Below are positions 26,953-36,609 of a stretch of 64,000 bases of DNA, in pieces (position 1 is the first letter of the stretch; each line of letters begins with the position of its first letter). The position numbers and the translations under genes are program-made. The notes below the pieces were generated by a model that saw only the letters and a program-made list of their open reading frames with translations, had not been told where the DNA came from and ran no database searches. Source of the DNA: a virus. Its lineage: Duplodnaviria > Caudoviricetes. The stretch lies in IMG/VR virus record IMGVR_UViG_3300011113_000415, one strand, 5' to 3'.

Positions 26953-27837
26953 ATGACCAGTGCAATTAACCCAAACGATATTGACGGCGCTTATCCAGTG
27001 GCCGGACAAGACAACGACAGCCAAGGCTTTCGTGACAATTTTACCAACACAGCAACCAATTTCCAGTACGCGGCTGATGAAATCACTGACCTGCAGAACA
27101 AGGTAGTGCTAAAGGCTGCCCTGACCGGCACATCTTTAGACAATGACATGAATGGCAGTTTGTTGTACAATTTTGAAGCCGGTCAAGTTTCTGGCACGCT
27201 GAATTTAATTGGTACTACATCAGGCACTGTGACACTGGATTGGACCAACGGCTCCTATCAAACCTTGACCACATCAGGTTCAGTCACACTGGGATTTACC
27301 AACTTCCCTGCCGCAGGTGTAAGCGCAAGTATTGTGTTGCAGATCACAGTGTCAAGCATAGCACATACCCTTACACTACCAGCCGCAGTGTCAATCGGAA
27401 CTGCAAACCTACAAGGTTATGCTGCCAATGTAATTACGTTTAACAAGACTGGCACTTATACATTTGAATTCTCGACTGTAAATGGTGGAAGCACAGTGAC
27501 CGTTATTGATTTGAATCGCAACCGAGATCCAATCTATCTGCCCAGTTCTGAAGACTTGGCAGCATCAGCGGCTGCCAATTTGAGTTTGACTACCAGTTAC
27601 TTTACCACTGCGGCTGCCGAAACTGCTACATTGGCAGCCGGTGCCAATGGACAGGTCAAGGTGTTTGCGGCCGCCAACGTGGCCGCTGGCAACATGGTTG
27701 TGACAGTTAGCAATGCGGGCTGGAAAACGTCTGGTACAGGAACTGCCACATTCAGTGCCATAGGCCAGGCTTGTACCTTTTTGTATGTCAACTCCAAATG
27801 GTACTGTATTGGCAACAACGGCGTGACATTTGCCTAA
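26953..27837 (+). CDS. Virion structural protein
   Basis: AAGGA SD; Thr/Ala/Gly-rich beta-type composition. Confidence 0.7.
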   Translation: MTSAINPNDIDGAYPVAGQDNDSQGFRDNFTNTATNFQYAADEITDLQNKVVLKAALTGTSLDNDMNGSLLYNFEAGQVSGTLNLIGTTSGTVTLDWTNGSYQTLTTSGSVTLGFTNFPAAGVSASIVLQITVSSIAHTLTLPAAVSIGTANLQGYAANVITFNKTGTYTFEFSTVNGGSTVTVIDLNRNRDPIYLPSSEDLAASAAANLSLTTSYFTTAAAETATLAAGANGQVKVFAAANVAAGNMVVTVSNAGWKTSGTGTATFSAIGQACTFLYVNSKWYCIGNNGVTFA

Positions 27838-27843
27838 TCAGCA

Positions 27844-27872
27844 TTGACAACACATTAAAATTCCTGTATACT
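27844..27872 (+). promoter_or_regulatory. sigma70-type promoter
   Basis: TTGACA-N17-TATACT then AAGGAG. Confidence 0.85.
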
Positions 27873-27889
27873 CTACACAAAGGAGTAAC

Positions 27890-28126
27890 ATGGAACATCC
27901 GTTCATAAACGATCTAGATGGCTTGACTCTGGAGCAACTGGGGTCCAAGATCACCGAACTCAACAAGAAACTGGGCATTGCCATGAGATCTGGCAATCCC
28001 TATCTGTGCGATCAAATTCGCATGGCACTCAACAGTTATGTCTCAAAACAACAACAAAAGATGCAGGAACTGTATAGACCCAAAGATGGTGAAGACACTT
28101 TTGAAGGCAAGATCGACATATCATGA
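27890..28126 (+). CDS. Hypothetical helical protein
   Basis: AAGGAG SD, 78 aa. Confidence 0.75.
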   Translation: MEHPFINDLDGLTLEQLGSKITELNKKLGIAMRSGNPYLCDQIRMALNSYVSKQQQKMQELYRPKDGEDTFEGKIDIS

Positions 28127-28728
28127 ACGTTAGATTAGAATATGACATGCACTGGCGTGCAGGCATTTGGTTTGAAAATTATCTGCAAATGAACAACTAT
28201 CACATAGAATTGGCCATCACAACCAACACAGCCAATGCCGAAGATCATGTTACCAGTTTGAATCGACTTAACCACTTTATCTACAACGAAATGGCCAATA
28301 CTGTGTACATTCATCAAGATGACACACAACAGATTCAAGCACTCACAGCCGCTGGGGTCAAGATTACCACCATGCCCGAACAGCCCATTGACCAAATCAT
28401 TGGTATTGCGTTATACTGCAAATTAAATGCTATCTTGCAGGCTCGCATGTTTGTGAACGGGGTGACCATACAGAGTGATCTTGGGGACAATGTGCGCTAC
28501 TTACACAATGATCATGAAAGTGTGGGACCACTAGGTCAAGAAGGTTGGTGGCAGGATGCATCACCTGCGCACTCCAATGTCAAAAACACTGCCAGCCGCA
28601 AACATGTGGTTCGCCTCAATAGAACCATGACCTGGCAGGATCTTGAAATGGAATGGTCAGATGTAGAACCACAAGACAACACCGGTAACACCGTGGTATT
28701 TGCCAAGTTTGGACCCGATGAAGACTGA
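28123..28728 (+). CDS. Hypothetical protein
   Basis: ATGA overlap, 201 aa. Confidence 0.75.
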   Translation: MNVRLEYDMHWRAGIWFENYLQMNNYHIELAITTNTANAEDHVTSLNRLNHFIYNEMANTVYIHQDDTQQIQALTAAGVKITTMPEQPIDQIIGIALYCKLNAILQARMFVNGVTIQSDLGDNVRYLHNDHESVGPLGQEGWWQDASPAHSNVKNTASRKHVVRLNRTMTWQDLEMEWSDVEPQDNTGNTVVFAKFGPDED

Positions 28729-29227
28729 CTCAGTAGGACAGATCATACTCAATGAAGCCGATCTAATCGACTTGATCATGCAAGGGCGTGATCTTGAAAG
28801 TGTGAGTGGTGCATTGGTAAATGACTCTGTGGACATAGAAGCCGCAGCCTTTTGGCTAGAGTATGTGCCTAATTTTGCACACTGGACAGAACCTGATGCT
28901 CAGGCAGTGTTTGATCACATACAACAAAGCACCTGGCACATGCCCGAAGAATACAAGAATTTAGACATTGCTGAGTACATATTGAGCCGGTGTGATACTG
29001 AAGCCCGACTGCAACGTGCAGGTGAAGAATTGCTGTTGTATCAAGAGCGTGGCCTATTTGACTTACTACGTTATCTAAAGTATCTAGTGGATGTCATGCG
29101 TGACAATCAAGTGATCTGGGGTGTGGGTCGCGGATCTAGCGTGGCAAGTTATGTGTTGTACCTGTTGGGGGTACACAGAATTGATTCAATGTACTACGAA
29201 TTAGATCCCACAGAGTTCCTGCGTTAA
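28718..29227 (+). CDS. Stand-alone fragment of DNA polymerase III alpha (DnaE-like), ending before the catalytic PDID motif
   Basis: EELLLY...WGVGRGSSVASYVLYLLGVHRIDS..Y.L...EFLR resembles DnaE GPGRGS..GSLV.Y.LGIT.IDP..Y.L.FERFL. Confidence 0.8.
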   Translation: MKTDSVGQIILNEADLIDLIMQGRDLESVSGALVNDSVDIEAAAFWLEYVPNFAHWTEPDAQAVFDHIQQSTWHMPEEYKNLDIAEYILSRCDTEARLQRAGEELLLYQERGLFDLLRYLKYLVDVMRDNQVIWGVGRGSSVASYVLYLLGVHRIDSMYYELDPTEFLR

Positions 29228-29249
29228 ATAAAATTCAAGGAGAACCGCA

Positions 29250-29651
29250 ATGACAAAAAAAACTTATCGAACTGCACAAGGTCGAGTGGTAGACCTAGGT
29301 GCCATGATGGTGCAAAACGAAACTGTTCGTGCTGTAGGCAATATGAGCGTGAATGCTCGTGGTGATATCATTGACTCACAAGACCGTGTGTTGGCCACAC
29401 GTGGCGAACAGGTAAACAGAAATCTCAATCGCCAAACCAATGCCAACCCAGGGCCTGTGCCATCCAGCAATCGTGTACCAGAAGCACCCAAATTAAGCGA
29501 AGCCGAACTGTTGGAATTGGCCCGGAAAGAACGTCAGGACAAACGTGAAGCCGTGGCACGTGGAGAAAAAGTAGAAATGAAAGGTGACCGGCCCACACAA
29601 GGACTGGCTGCCGCAATGGCCCGAGCAGAAAAACTCAAGGATCAAGAATGA
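29250..29651 (+). CDS. Hypothetical late protein
   Basis: TAAATA 29225-29230 and AAGGAG SD. Confidence 0.75.
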   Translation: MTKKTYRTAQGRVVDLGAMMVQNETVRAVGNMSVNARGDIIDSQDRVLATRGEQVNRNLNRQTNANPGPVPSSNRVPEAPKLSEAELLELARKERQDKREAVARGEKVEMKGDRPTQGLAAAMARAEKLKDQE

Positions 29652-30049
29652 CAAAACTGGCATATCAAGCACATCAACTGCGTCGAAAACAACTGAGACC
29701 TTTAAATGATTCAGTGATAGTGGACGAAATGGTTTTTGATGAGCGAATCACCACAGGCGGCATTGTATTGCTCAACGACAACGGCAAAAGCACAGGCATA
29801 AGACCAAGATGGGGTAAAGTATATGCTGTGGGTCCTGAGCAACAAGATGTTGCTGTAGGCGACTGGGTATGTGTAGCACATGGTCGCTGGACACGTGGTA
29901 TTGACATTGAAGATGAATCCGGTAAACACACATTGCGACGTGTGGATCCCAAAGATATCCTAATACAAACAGATGAGCAGCCTAATGACGAAACGTTCTC
30001 AACAGCCATTCATGTAGAAGCCAAACCCGATTGGATGCAACACAATTGA
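29648..30049 (+). CDS. groES: GroES-like co-chaperonin
   Basis: LRPLNDSVIV...TTGGIVL...GKVYAVGP...VAVGDWV. Confidence 0.8.
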   Translation: MTKLAYQAHQLRRKQLRPLNDSVIVDEMVFDERITTGGIVLLNDNGKSTGIRPRWGKVYAVGPEQQDVAVGDWVCVAHGRWTRGIDIEDESGKHTLRRVDPKDILIQTDEQPNDETFSTAIHVEAKPDWMQHN

Positions 30050-30050
30050 T

Positions 30051-30287
30051 ATGAAGATAGACTGGAATGTGAATTCAGTTATCTATGAGTGCCAAAAAAT
30101 GTACCAGGGTGCTACGGATCCTTATGTGACAGGTTGGAACAATTGGCCTTGCAAACAAGATCTATATCGTGTAAAATTTGCTGTGGACGAGATGTTGCGG
30201 AATACCGGAACATTTAGTGGCGAAGCAGAATGGCTGGAAGAACAGGAAAAACAACGCATGTGGAAGGTGTTGAATGGAACCAATTAG
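30051..30287 (+). CDS. Hypothetical protein
   Basis: Operon context. Confidence 0.65.
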   Translation: MKIDWNVNSVIYECQKMYQGATDPYVTGWNNWPCKQDLYRVKFAVDEMLRNTGTFSGEAEWLEEQEKQRMWKVLNGTN

Positions 30288-30525
30288 GCCTCCTAGAACA
30301 GTGAAGTTTTATCAATTGTTGCGAATGGCAACCAAGACCGGCTTGAATATTTCGAGTGTTGGGCAAATCAGCAATGGTTACAACTATGTGGGCACAGGTA
30401 TCTATAGTACTTTGCCAGAAGCCGAGCACCAGCGTACCTTGGAAACTCTCAAAGACACCGACGGTGGCACCAACTCCTATCACATTTTTGAACTAGAATT
30501 TCCTAACCCTGTATACCGAGAATGA
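30274..30525 (+). CDS. Hypothetical protein
   Basis: Operon context. Confidence 0.6.
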   Translation: MEPIRPPRTVKFYQLLRMATKTGLNISSVGQISNGYNYVGTGIYSTLPEAEHQRTLETLKDTDGGTNSYHIFELEFPNPVYRE

Positions 30526-30998
30526 TATTCAATCACATCAAACGACTTAAACAAGAAGGCAAACGAATTGGCATCACATTCTCCACCTTTGATCTTGGCC
30601 CCCATGCAGGGCACATTGCTATGCTGTCGGAGGCCAAGAATCACTGTGACTACCTCATCTGTGGGTTGCAAACAGATCCAACTATCGATAGACCTAAAAC
30701 TAAAAATCGCCCTATACAATCTATTGTGGAGCGACAGATACAGTTGGCCGCTTGCCGTTACGTTGATGAAGTTGTTGTATATCAAACCGAACAAGATCTT
30801 GTTGACCTCTTGCTAATTCTACCAGTTGATGTTAGAATCTTGGGTGTAGAGTACGAAGGTAAATCATTCTCAGGTGACGAGGCTTGCTGGAAACGCAATA
30901 TTGAAATTGTATTCAACAGCAGAGACCATTCATTTTCCAGTTCAAGTCTACGCAAACGTGTGGCACACGCAGAAACAGAAAAGTTATTAAAATCATGA
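30522..30998 (+). CDS. Cytidylyltransferase (TagD-like, HIGH superfamily)
   Basis: FSTFDLGPHAGHI...LICGLQTDP...RDHSFSSSSLR. Confidence 0.88.
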   Translation: MIFNHIKRLKQEGKRIGITFSTFDLGPHAGHIAMLSEAKNHCDYLICGLQTDPTIDRPKTKNRPIQSIVERQIQLAACRYVDEVVVYQTEQDLVDLLLILPVDVRILGVEYEGKSFSGDEACWKRNIEIVFNSRDHSFSSSSLRKRVAHAETEKLLKS

Positions 30999-31482
30999 GC
31001 AAAGGATCAAGACCTAGACCATTTTCAGTGGAGCAACAAGAAGAGCAAACGGGCATTATCGAAAACTTGCTAAAACCATGCAAGAACATTGGGATAAAAA
31101 TCCATGGCAGAATAATTTAGAATGTCCTATACTTCCGTTTAAAAACACACAACTGACTTATCAAGAGACATACGAGTTTGAGTTCCTTGAGGAACTTGAA
31201 TTTGATAACGGAATTGAATGGGTAGTATCAAATGTAAAACGAGGACCATCTGTATGGTATATCGATCCCACTAACAACGCCGAAAGATTGTATATTAGCG
31301 ATTTCATTATCGATAACACAGTTTATGAAATTAAGTCAAATTGGACCTGGAACAAACATGGTAAAGATTTGGTGCTAGAAGAAAAGAACAAAGCAAAGTT
31401 GACAGCCTGTATCAATCAAGGCTATAATGTAGTATTAGTTTTAAATCAAAAAAGGATATCATATGAAGGAATTATGGGTTGA
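30995..31482 (+). mobile_element. Degenerate homing-endonuclease-like insertion; PD-(D/E)xK-type C-terminal domain at 31078-31482
   Basis: YISDFIIDNTVYEIKSNWTW...KNKAKL.A...GY; AT-rich; frame open only from 31018; preceded by short MSKGSRPRPFSV ORF in another frame. Confidence 0.5.
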
Positions 31483-32383
31483 GAAATGGAGGCCCAAAAC
31501 TGTGGACGGCTATGTGTTTGTGGACGATGCACAGCGTGAGCAAGTGGAGCAATGGATACGAGACGGTACCATCCCGCATTTGATGTTGTCAGGCCCAGCA
31601 GGCACAGGCAAAACCACCTTGGCCAAGATGCTGATCCATGAACTGGGCGTGGATGAATATGACGTCTTGTATGCCAATGGATCCAAAGAAGCACGTAAGA
31701 TCAACTGGGTTGATCAGTTGATATCGTTCTGTCAGACCATGCCTTTTGGTAACTTCAAGGTTGTACTGATTGACGAAGCAGATTATATGAACCCACAAAG
31801 TGTACAACCAGCCCTGCGCAACTTGATGGAAGACTACAGTCACTCGGTGAGATTCATTCTCACTTGTAACTATCCCAGCAAGATCATTCCTCCATTGCAT
31901 TCACGTTGCCAAACATTTCAAATACACAAGACAGATCACACAGAGTTTACTGCCAGAGCCGCAACTGTGTTGGTTTCAGAAGGGGTGGAGTTTGATTTGG
32001 ATGTACTGGACACCTACGTCAAGGCCACGTATCCAGATCTACGCAAGTGTTTGAATCTGCTTCAGCCCAACAGTCAAACTGGGCAACTGCTTGCACCCAG
32101 GACCTCGGACCGCAGTATAGGGGACTGGCGTTTAGAATGTGTGGACTTGTTCAAACAAGGTCGAGTTCGTGAGGCCCGAACTCTTTTGTGTCAAAGTTCT
32201 ACGCCCGAAGAATCAGAAGACATATTCATCTGGATGTACAACAACTTGGAACTATGGGGCAAAACTGAAGAACAACAAGATCAAGCCATTGTGATCATTC
32301 GCGATGGTCTGGCCAAAATTCCATTGGTAGCGGATCAAGAAATCAATTTAAGTGCCACACTCTGCGAACTCAGTCGATTGTAG
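31463..32383 (+). CDS. Sliding-clamp loader AAA+ subunit (T4 gp44/RFC-like)
   Basis: WVEKWRP, GPAGTGKT, DEAD, SRC. Confidence 0.93.
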   Translation: MKELWVEKWRPKTVDGYVFVDDAQREQVEQWIRDGTIPHLMLSGPAGTGKTTLAKMLIHELGVDEYDVLYANGSKEARKINWVDQLISFCQTMPFGNFKVVLIDEADYMNPQSVQPALRNLMEDYSHSVRFILTCNYPSKIIPPLHSRCQTFQIHKTDHTEFTARAATVLVSEGVEFDLDVLDTYVKATYPDLRKCLNLLQPNSQTGQLLAPRTSDRSIGDWRLECVDLFKQGRVREARTLLCQSSTPEESEDIFIWMYNNLELWGKTEEQQDQAIVIIRDGLAKIPLVADQEINLSATLCELSRL

Positions 32384-33009
32384 ATTACTTTAAAGATAGC
32401 ATGATGAGACTTAGGTCCAAAGGTATTTGATTGTGTATCTATACTGTGGTCAACATGAAAACGATTATAAACTAAAAATTGTTTTGATAAGGCTTCTGGT
32501 AAATCTAAATTTTCATTATCCCAATATAAAAAAATCTTATTTTTTGACGCAAGGATTCTATTTACTTGATCCACATAATCAATCAATCTAGAAATACAAA
32601 AATCTTTTTCATTAAAAATCGTAACAGTTTGATCATCAATTCGACGTCTATTGGCATTGTTAACCTGTATGATAAAAATATCATTACAATTGCTGTTTGC
32701 CATAATTTTTAAATTGTTTAAATTATCATGGTTTTCATAACGATAACAACCAAAACTCATGTTACAGAGATGTAAATTTAATTGAGCAGCCAATTTATAG
32801 GCATAGGTCAAGGATTGGTCAAGTCCTATTCCAAAACTTATACTGCCCCCAACTACCACTAGTTTTTTAGTTGTAGAATCAAATTCATCACAACGGAATC
32901 CATGTTTATTAAAACTGTAATTGATAATATTACGATTGTCTATACCAAAATTGCTCACAGTTTTTCCTGCAAGAGATTTCATGTGGGCTGGTAGTGTCCA
33001 ATTTTCCAT
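32335..33009 (-). CDS. AT-rich hypothetical protein, possibly SGNH-like
   Basis: FNKHGFRCDEF...GGSISFGIGL. Confidence 0.5.
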   Translation of the reverse strand: MENWTLPAHMKSLAGKTVSNFGIDNRNIINYSFNKHGFRCDEFDSTTKKLVVVGGSISFGIGLDQSLTYAYKLAAQLNLHLCNMSFGCYRYENHDNLNNLKIMANSNCNDIFIIQVNNANRRRIDDQTVTIFNEKDFCISRLIDYVDQVNRILASKNKIFLYWDNENLDLPEALSKQFLVYNRFHVDHSIDTQSNTFGPKSHHAIFKVIYNRLSSQSVALKLIS

Positions 33010-33707
33010 AAAAGCAGTTCTTTTCTAATTAAAAATTTTGTCTTAGTATCTACCTCGACTCTTTTGTCAAGGAACTGTTTAAGAAATCCTTGGTTGCGAT
33101 TTTTCCAGTCAAAGTAAAGTGGGCACCACTGATCCATACGCAGTGGATTTATTTTTAAGCCTAAAAAATCAAACATTGATTCAATCATCTTGTCAAGATT
33201 TTGAAATAGATCTTGGTAATACAACAGTTGATAGCCTTGGAAATTTTCTGGTATTTTATAGTAATCTACGAAGATTTCAGCATGTTCTAACAGTATCTGG
33301 CGTGTGGCATCTGTTCCAAATACATGATAAAGATTTTCAATCTTTTTTACAAATTCATTTTTTTTGTTTATTGTACAGAATCTTGCCAAAAGTTCTTGGT
33401 TGGAATTTCCTGCCTGGAAAATAATTTTTTTACAAGTGTATCTGGTCAAATAATCAATGTCATATTGATGACTGGGAGTGATATAAATTACAGACTGTTC
33501 ATTTGCATTTTCAAGTTGACGTAAATCTTTTGAATATCTGATATGATCTTTCTCAAATCCATGAGCGGTAGGTCCGATTAATGGATTTATATCAACTGGC
33601 ACCACAAGATTGTTTAAAGTTTTGTATGAGGCGGCTCCAGTCAAATAAGTAATAGACCAATTTAAAAAAGTAAAACCACAGCCACCAGGACCAATAGTCA
33701 AGATCAT
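32979..33707 (-). CDS. AT-rich P-loop/sulfotransferase-like protein
   Basis: N-terminal IGPGGCGFTFLNW; C-terminal YQDLF...MFDFLGL. Confidence 0.45.
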   Translation of the reverse strand: MILTIGPGGCGFTFLNWSITYLTGAASYKTLNNLVVPVDINPLIGPTAHGFEKDHIRYSKDLRQLENANEQSVIYITPSHQYDIDYLTRYTCKKIIFQAGNSNQELLARFCTINKKNEFVKKIENLYHVFGTDATRQILLEHAEIFVDYYKIPENFQGYQLLYYQDLFQNLDKMIESMFDFLGLKINPLRMDQWCPLYFDWKNRNQGFLKQFLDKRVEVDTKTKFLIRKELLLWKIGHYQPT

Positions 33708-33718
33708 AAGGAAAATAA

Positions 33719-34027
33719 ATGCGTTATTTGTTACTTACCTACTATAAAAAACCCTCAGGACAAATCGACGAGATAACCGCGGTTGCTCGAAATCTCAAAA
33801 ACCGAGATCTTCAAACCTGTAATGTAATACTTGACTTCAAAACCCTTTCTGTAGTAAAATGTAGCATGGATGGCACGGTGGTTCCAAGAAATTGGGATCG
33901 TATTGTGAGTTACTATAACCAATATTACCAAAACATTATTGAACGATTACTACAAGAGAACGGATACGAAATTGTCAAACCCGAAGAAACCCCAGAAATA
34001 CAACCCCAAGCAGTTGATCCTAGTTGA
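33719..34027 (+). CDS. Hypothetical protein
   Basis: AAGGA SD, 102 aa. Confidence 0.75.
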   Translation: MRYLLLTYYKKPSGQIDEITAVARNLKNRDLQTCNVILDFKTLSVVKCSMDGTVVPRNWDRIVSYYNQYYQNIIERLLQENGYEIVKPEETPEIQPQAVDPS

Positions 34028-34595
34028 CGCAGATGGTGTGATTTTGGATTGGGAATATGCGTTCTCGGTTTGGATGGAAGAACATGGCTTTACAAGAACT
34101 GAAGGCAGTCAGTTCATATATGATATAGGCCTACGCTACGGAATTGAACAAGAGCAAGGTCGTAAATTGATTAAGATTTTCAATGAGTCGGCAGCGATTG
34201 GATTCTTGCCACCCTTGCGTGATGCCATGTACTATGTAAAACGACTACATGAAGAACATGGCTATATGTTTCATTGTATTACTAGTCTAAGTCTTGATGC
34301 TAATGCAGGCAAATTGAGAGAAATGAATCTACGTAAGTTATTTGGAAAAACTGCATTTGAAAAAATTGTGTGCTTAGATACCGGTGCAGACAAGAATGAT
34401 GCATTGTGCGAGTATCAAAACTCAGGTTGCTATTGGATTGAAGACAAACCAGAAAATGCTGAAGTTGGACTAGATCTAGGTTTACGTAGCATCCTAATGG
34501 AGCATGGGCATAATATGAATCATGTCAATGAACAAATTCCGGTTGTCAAAAATTGGCGTGAAATCTACGAAATCGTCACCTCTCAATCTGCATAA
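33939..34595 (+). CDS. HAD-superfamily phosphatase/5'-nucleotidase-like
   Basis: DADGV (DxD), ITS, IEDK; true start likely slightly downstream. Confidence 0.85.
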   Translation: MNDYYKRTDTKLSNPKKPQKYNPKQLILVDADGVILDWEYAFSVWMEEHGFTRTEGSQFIYDIGLRYGIEQEQGRKLIKIFNESAAIGFLPPLRDAMYYVKRLHEEHGYMFHCITSLSLDANAGKLREMNLRKLFGKTAFEKIVCLDTGADKNDALCEYQNSGCYWIEDKPENAEVGLDLGLRSILMEHGHNMNHVNEQIPVVKNWREIYEIVTSQSA

Positions 34596-35338
34596 AGTTT
34601 CAGCACTGAGCCAATTATGGGATGACGCTGGATATCACGACCAGTCATCCTGCACACTATCATGCCCGGCACAGGCTGGACTTCCAATCTAGAGCACAGA
34701 TCCAACAGGCCATTTGCGTCCTGCCGTCGATCTGCTTGTTCCACATCTCCAGTGACCACAATTCTACTGCCGGTGCCTATGCGGCTCAACAGCATTTTCA
34801 TTTGTGCAGGAGTGGCGTTTTGCATTTCATCTGCAATGATCCAGGCATGCTTGAACGTGCGTCCACGCATGTAGGCCAAAGGTGAAATTTCAACAGTGCC
34901 TTCTTCGATCATGGCCATGATCTCTGGGGGTCGGTAATATTCGCGTAGCACATCCAGCAGGGGTCTTGTCCAGGGTTCCATTTTGGCCACTAGATTGCCG
35001 GGCAAAAAGCCATGTTGTTCATCCTCCACGCCAATGGCTGGACGAGTTAGAACTATACGCTTGGCTTCGCCGCTTCTTAATGCACGGACCGCTGCCAGCA
35101 TGGCCAAATAGGTTTTACCAGTTCCTGCTGGCCCTGCTGTGATAATGATGTGTTGGTCTAGGTCGAGTAGAGCCAGTACAAGATGTTCTTGATTGCGTGT
35201 TTTGGGCAATAATTCTATGGGTCGTTGTCGCGTTCGGGGTTGCGGATTGAACTGAATTAAGTTTTCTTGGACTGTTTGCATACGTTTTTGCGCCTTGGCG
35301 CCTCGGTTTCTACTCAAGTGCGATTCTCCTTTAAACAC
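34583..35338 (-). CDS. phoH: PhoH-family ATPase
   Basis: GPAGTGKT, GFLPG, RGRTF, DEMQN, GD..Q.D; likely TTG start at 35317 after AAGGAG; minus-strand TAAATA 35359-35364. Confidence 0.95.
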   Translation of the reverse strand: MFKGESHLSRNRGAKAQKRMQTVQENLIQFNPQPRTRQRPIELLPKTRNQEHLVLALLDLDQHIIITAGPAGTGKTYLAMLAAVRALRSGEAKRIVLTRPAIGVEDEQHGFLPGNLVAKMEPWTRPLLDVLREYYRPPEIMAMIEEGTVEISPLAYMRGRTFKHAWIIADEMQNATPAQMKMLLSRIGTGSRIVVTGDVEQADRRQDANGLLDLCSRLEVQPVPGMIVCRMTGRDIQRHPIIGSVLKLYAD

Positions 35339-35480
35339 AGCCTGTTGGACTGTGTGAATATTTAGGTTAGTTTAAAGCAAGTTTTATAGGCACGAATGTC
35401 CAAGATCTCAGGCATAAGTATTCCACTGTGCTCCAAAAAAACAAACACACCCCTAAAATATCTTTGCCATAAATATCAAT

Positions 35481-36089
35481 ATGACACTCCACGACGAAGC
35501 AATTTTTAAAGATCATACGGATTATTGGATGGTAGCAGACACCATTCGTGACATTTACTTGAGTGAGGGCAGTTTGCTTACACTGTTGGATTTTGAGCGT
35601 GTGCTGGACGAAATGGATCTGTATGCGTTCAAAAACTGGGACCGTGGCGAACTGGTACAAGGTCCTGACATTGGCAAATACAAAGTGGGCTGTATATTCA
35701 TGTGGCCCGAATCACTCATGCCCGATCCCCGTGGCGCCCGACGTTTGCTGCCATTTGACTGCGAAGTGAGATTCAAAAAAACCACTATCAAAATACCCAT
35801 CAAAGTTGAAAAACCGTCAGACTATCAAGCAGGCACCCACACAGCACGTCTAGTGGACAAGCACGTATGGCTAGTGGAAATAGTCATGCCCAAGAGTTTA
35901 ATTTCAGACATCCGCACAGGAAGTATAGAACTGGAAGATCAAGACATTGACCTAGAAGATTTGGACTCAGCCTATCAAGAAGATCTTGACAATGAACAGT
36001 ATCAAAGTGACGCCAGTGCTGATCAAGCACAGCAGTCATTACAACAACCAGGAGCACCAATTGCAGCCGCACCGCCAGTCGCTTCTTGA
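35481..36089 (+). CDS. Hypothetical late protein, acidic C-terminus
   Basis: TAAATA 35470-35475, 5 nt before ATG. Confidence 0.8.
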   Translation: MTLHDEAIFKDHTDYWMVADTIRDIYLSEGSLLTLLDFERVLDEMDLYAFKNWDRGELVQGPDIGKYKVGCIFMWPESLMPDPRGARRLLPFDCEVRFKKTTIKIPIKVEKPSDYQAGTHTARLVDKHVWLVEIVMPKSLISDIRTGSIELEDQDIDLEDLDSAYQEDLDNEQYQSDASADQAQQSLQQPGAPIAAAPPVAS

Positions 36090-36609
36090 AGGTCTTGGCT
36101 ACAAAGACCTAGAGGGCATGCTAAAGCCCACTATTCACGTGGACGAATTTGATAGTAAAATGGGTGACAATGATGACATCATTGTCGTAAGTTTCTTTGC
36201 CCGTGATAAGGCCGCAGCCAAGGATCTAATGAATTGGTTTGAAAAAGGCTATGACTTTGTGCTGGATGCTGATCAAAGCCCAGGCGAAATCAAACCCAAC
36301 CGATATCTAGTGTATGTGGAAATGCGACGTCGCAGAGCCGCTCCTGAACAGATTGCGGAATTACTAGAAGACCTGGGCACACTCACAGAGTTTGATCCTG
36401 AGGAATGGACCATGGTTTATCGGGAAAAGAGTCATGACTGGAGTCCTGAACTGTTTGCTCGACTGGTGCCACTGAGCCCACGAGAGTATCGTGAGCGCAC
36501 AGAACGAGACTTGAATGAATGGCGTGTGGCAGCCGGCATGCCGGTCAAGACCACATACGAAGCAGATGATGCTATTCGCTCAATACAATCAGCGGCAGGT
36601 ATCCTATGA
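35986..36609 (+). CDS. Hypothetical late protein
   Basis: LLEGLGYKDL...DEFDSKMG; start uncertain. Confidence 0.7.
   Translation: MTMNSIKVTPVLIKHSSHYNNQEHQLQPHRQSLLEGLGYKDLEGMLKPTIHVDEFDSKMGDNDDIIVVSFFARDKAAAKDLMNWFEKGYDFVLDADQSPGEIKPNRYLVYVEMRRRRAAPEQIAELLEDLGTLTEFDPEEWTMVYREKSHDWSPELFARLVPLSPREYRERTERDLNEWRVAAGMPVKTTYEADDAIRSIQSAAGIL

Noticed and set aside
29216-29241. SD-sequestering hairpin at the 29225 late box
   Set aside because: Only 5 bp including a G-U pair; too weak to support.
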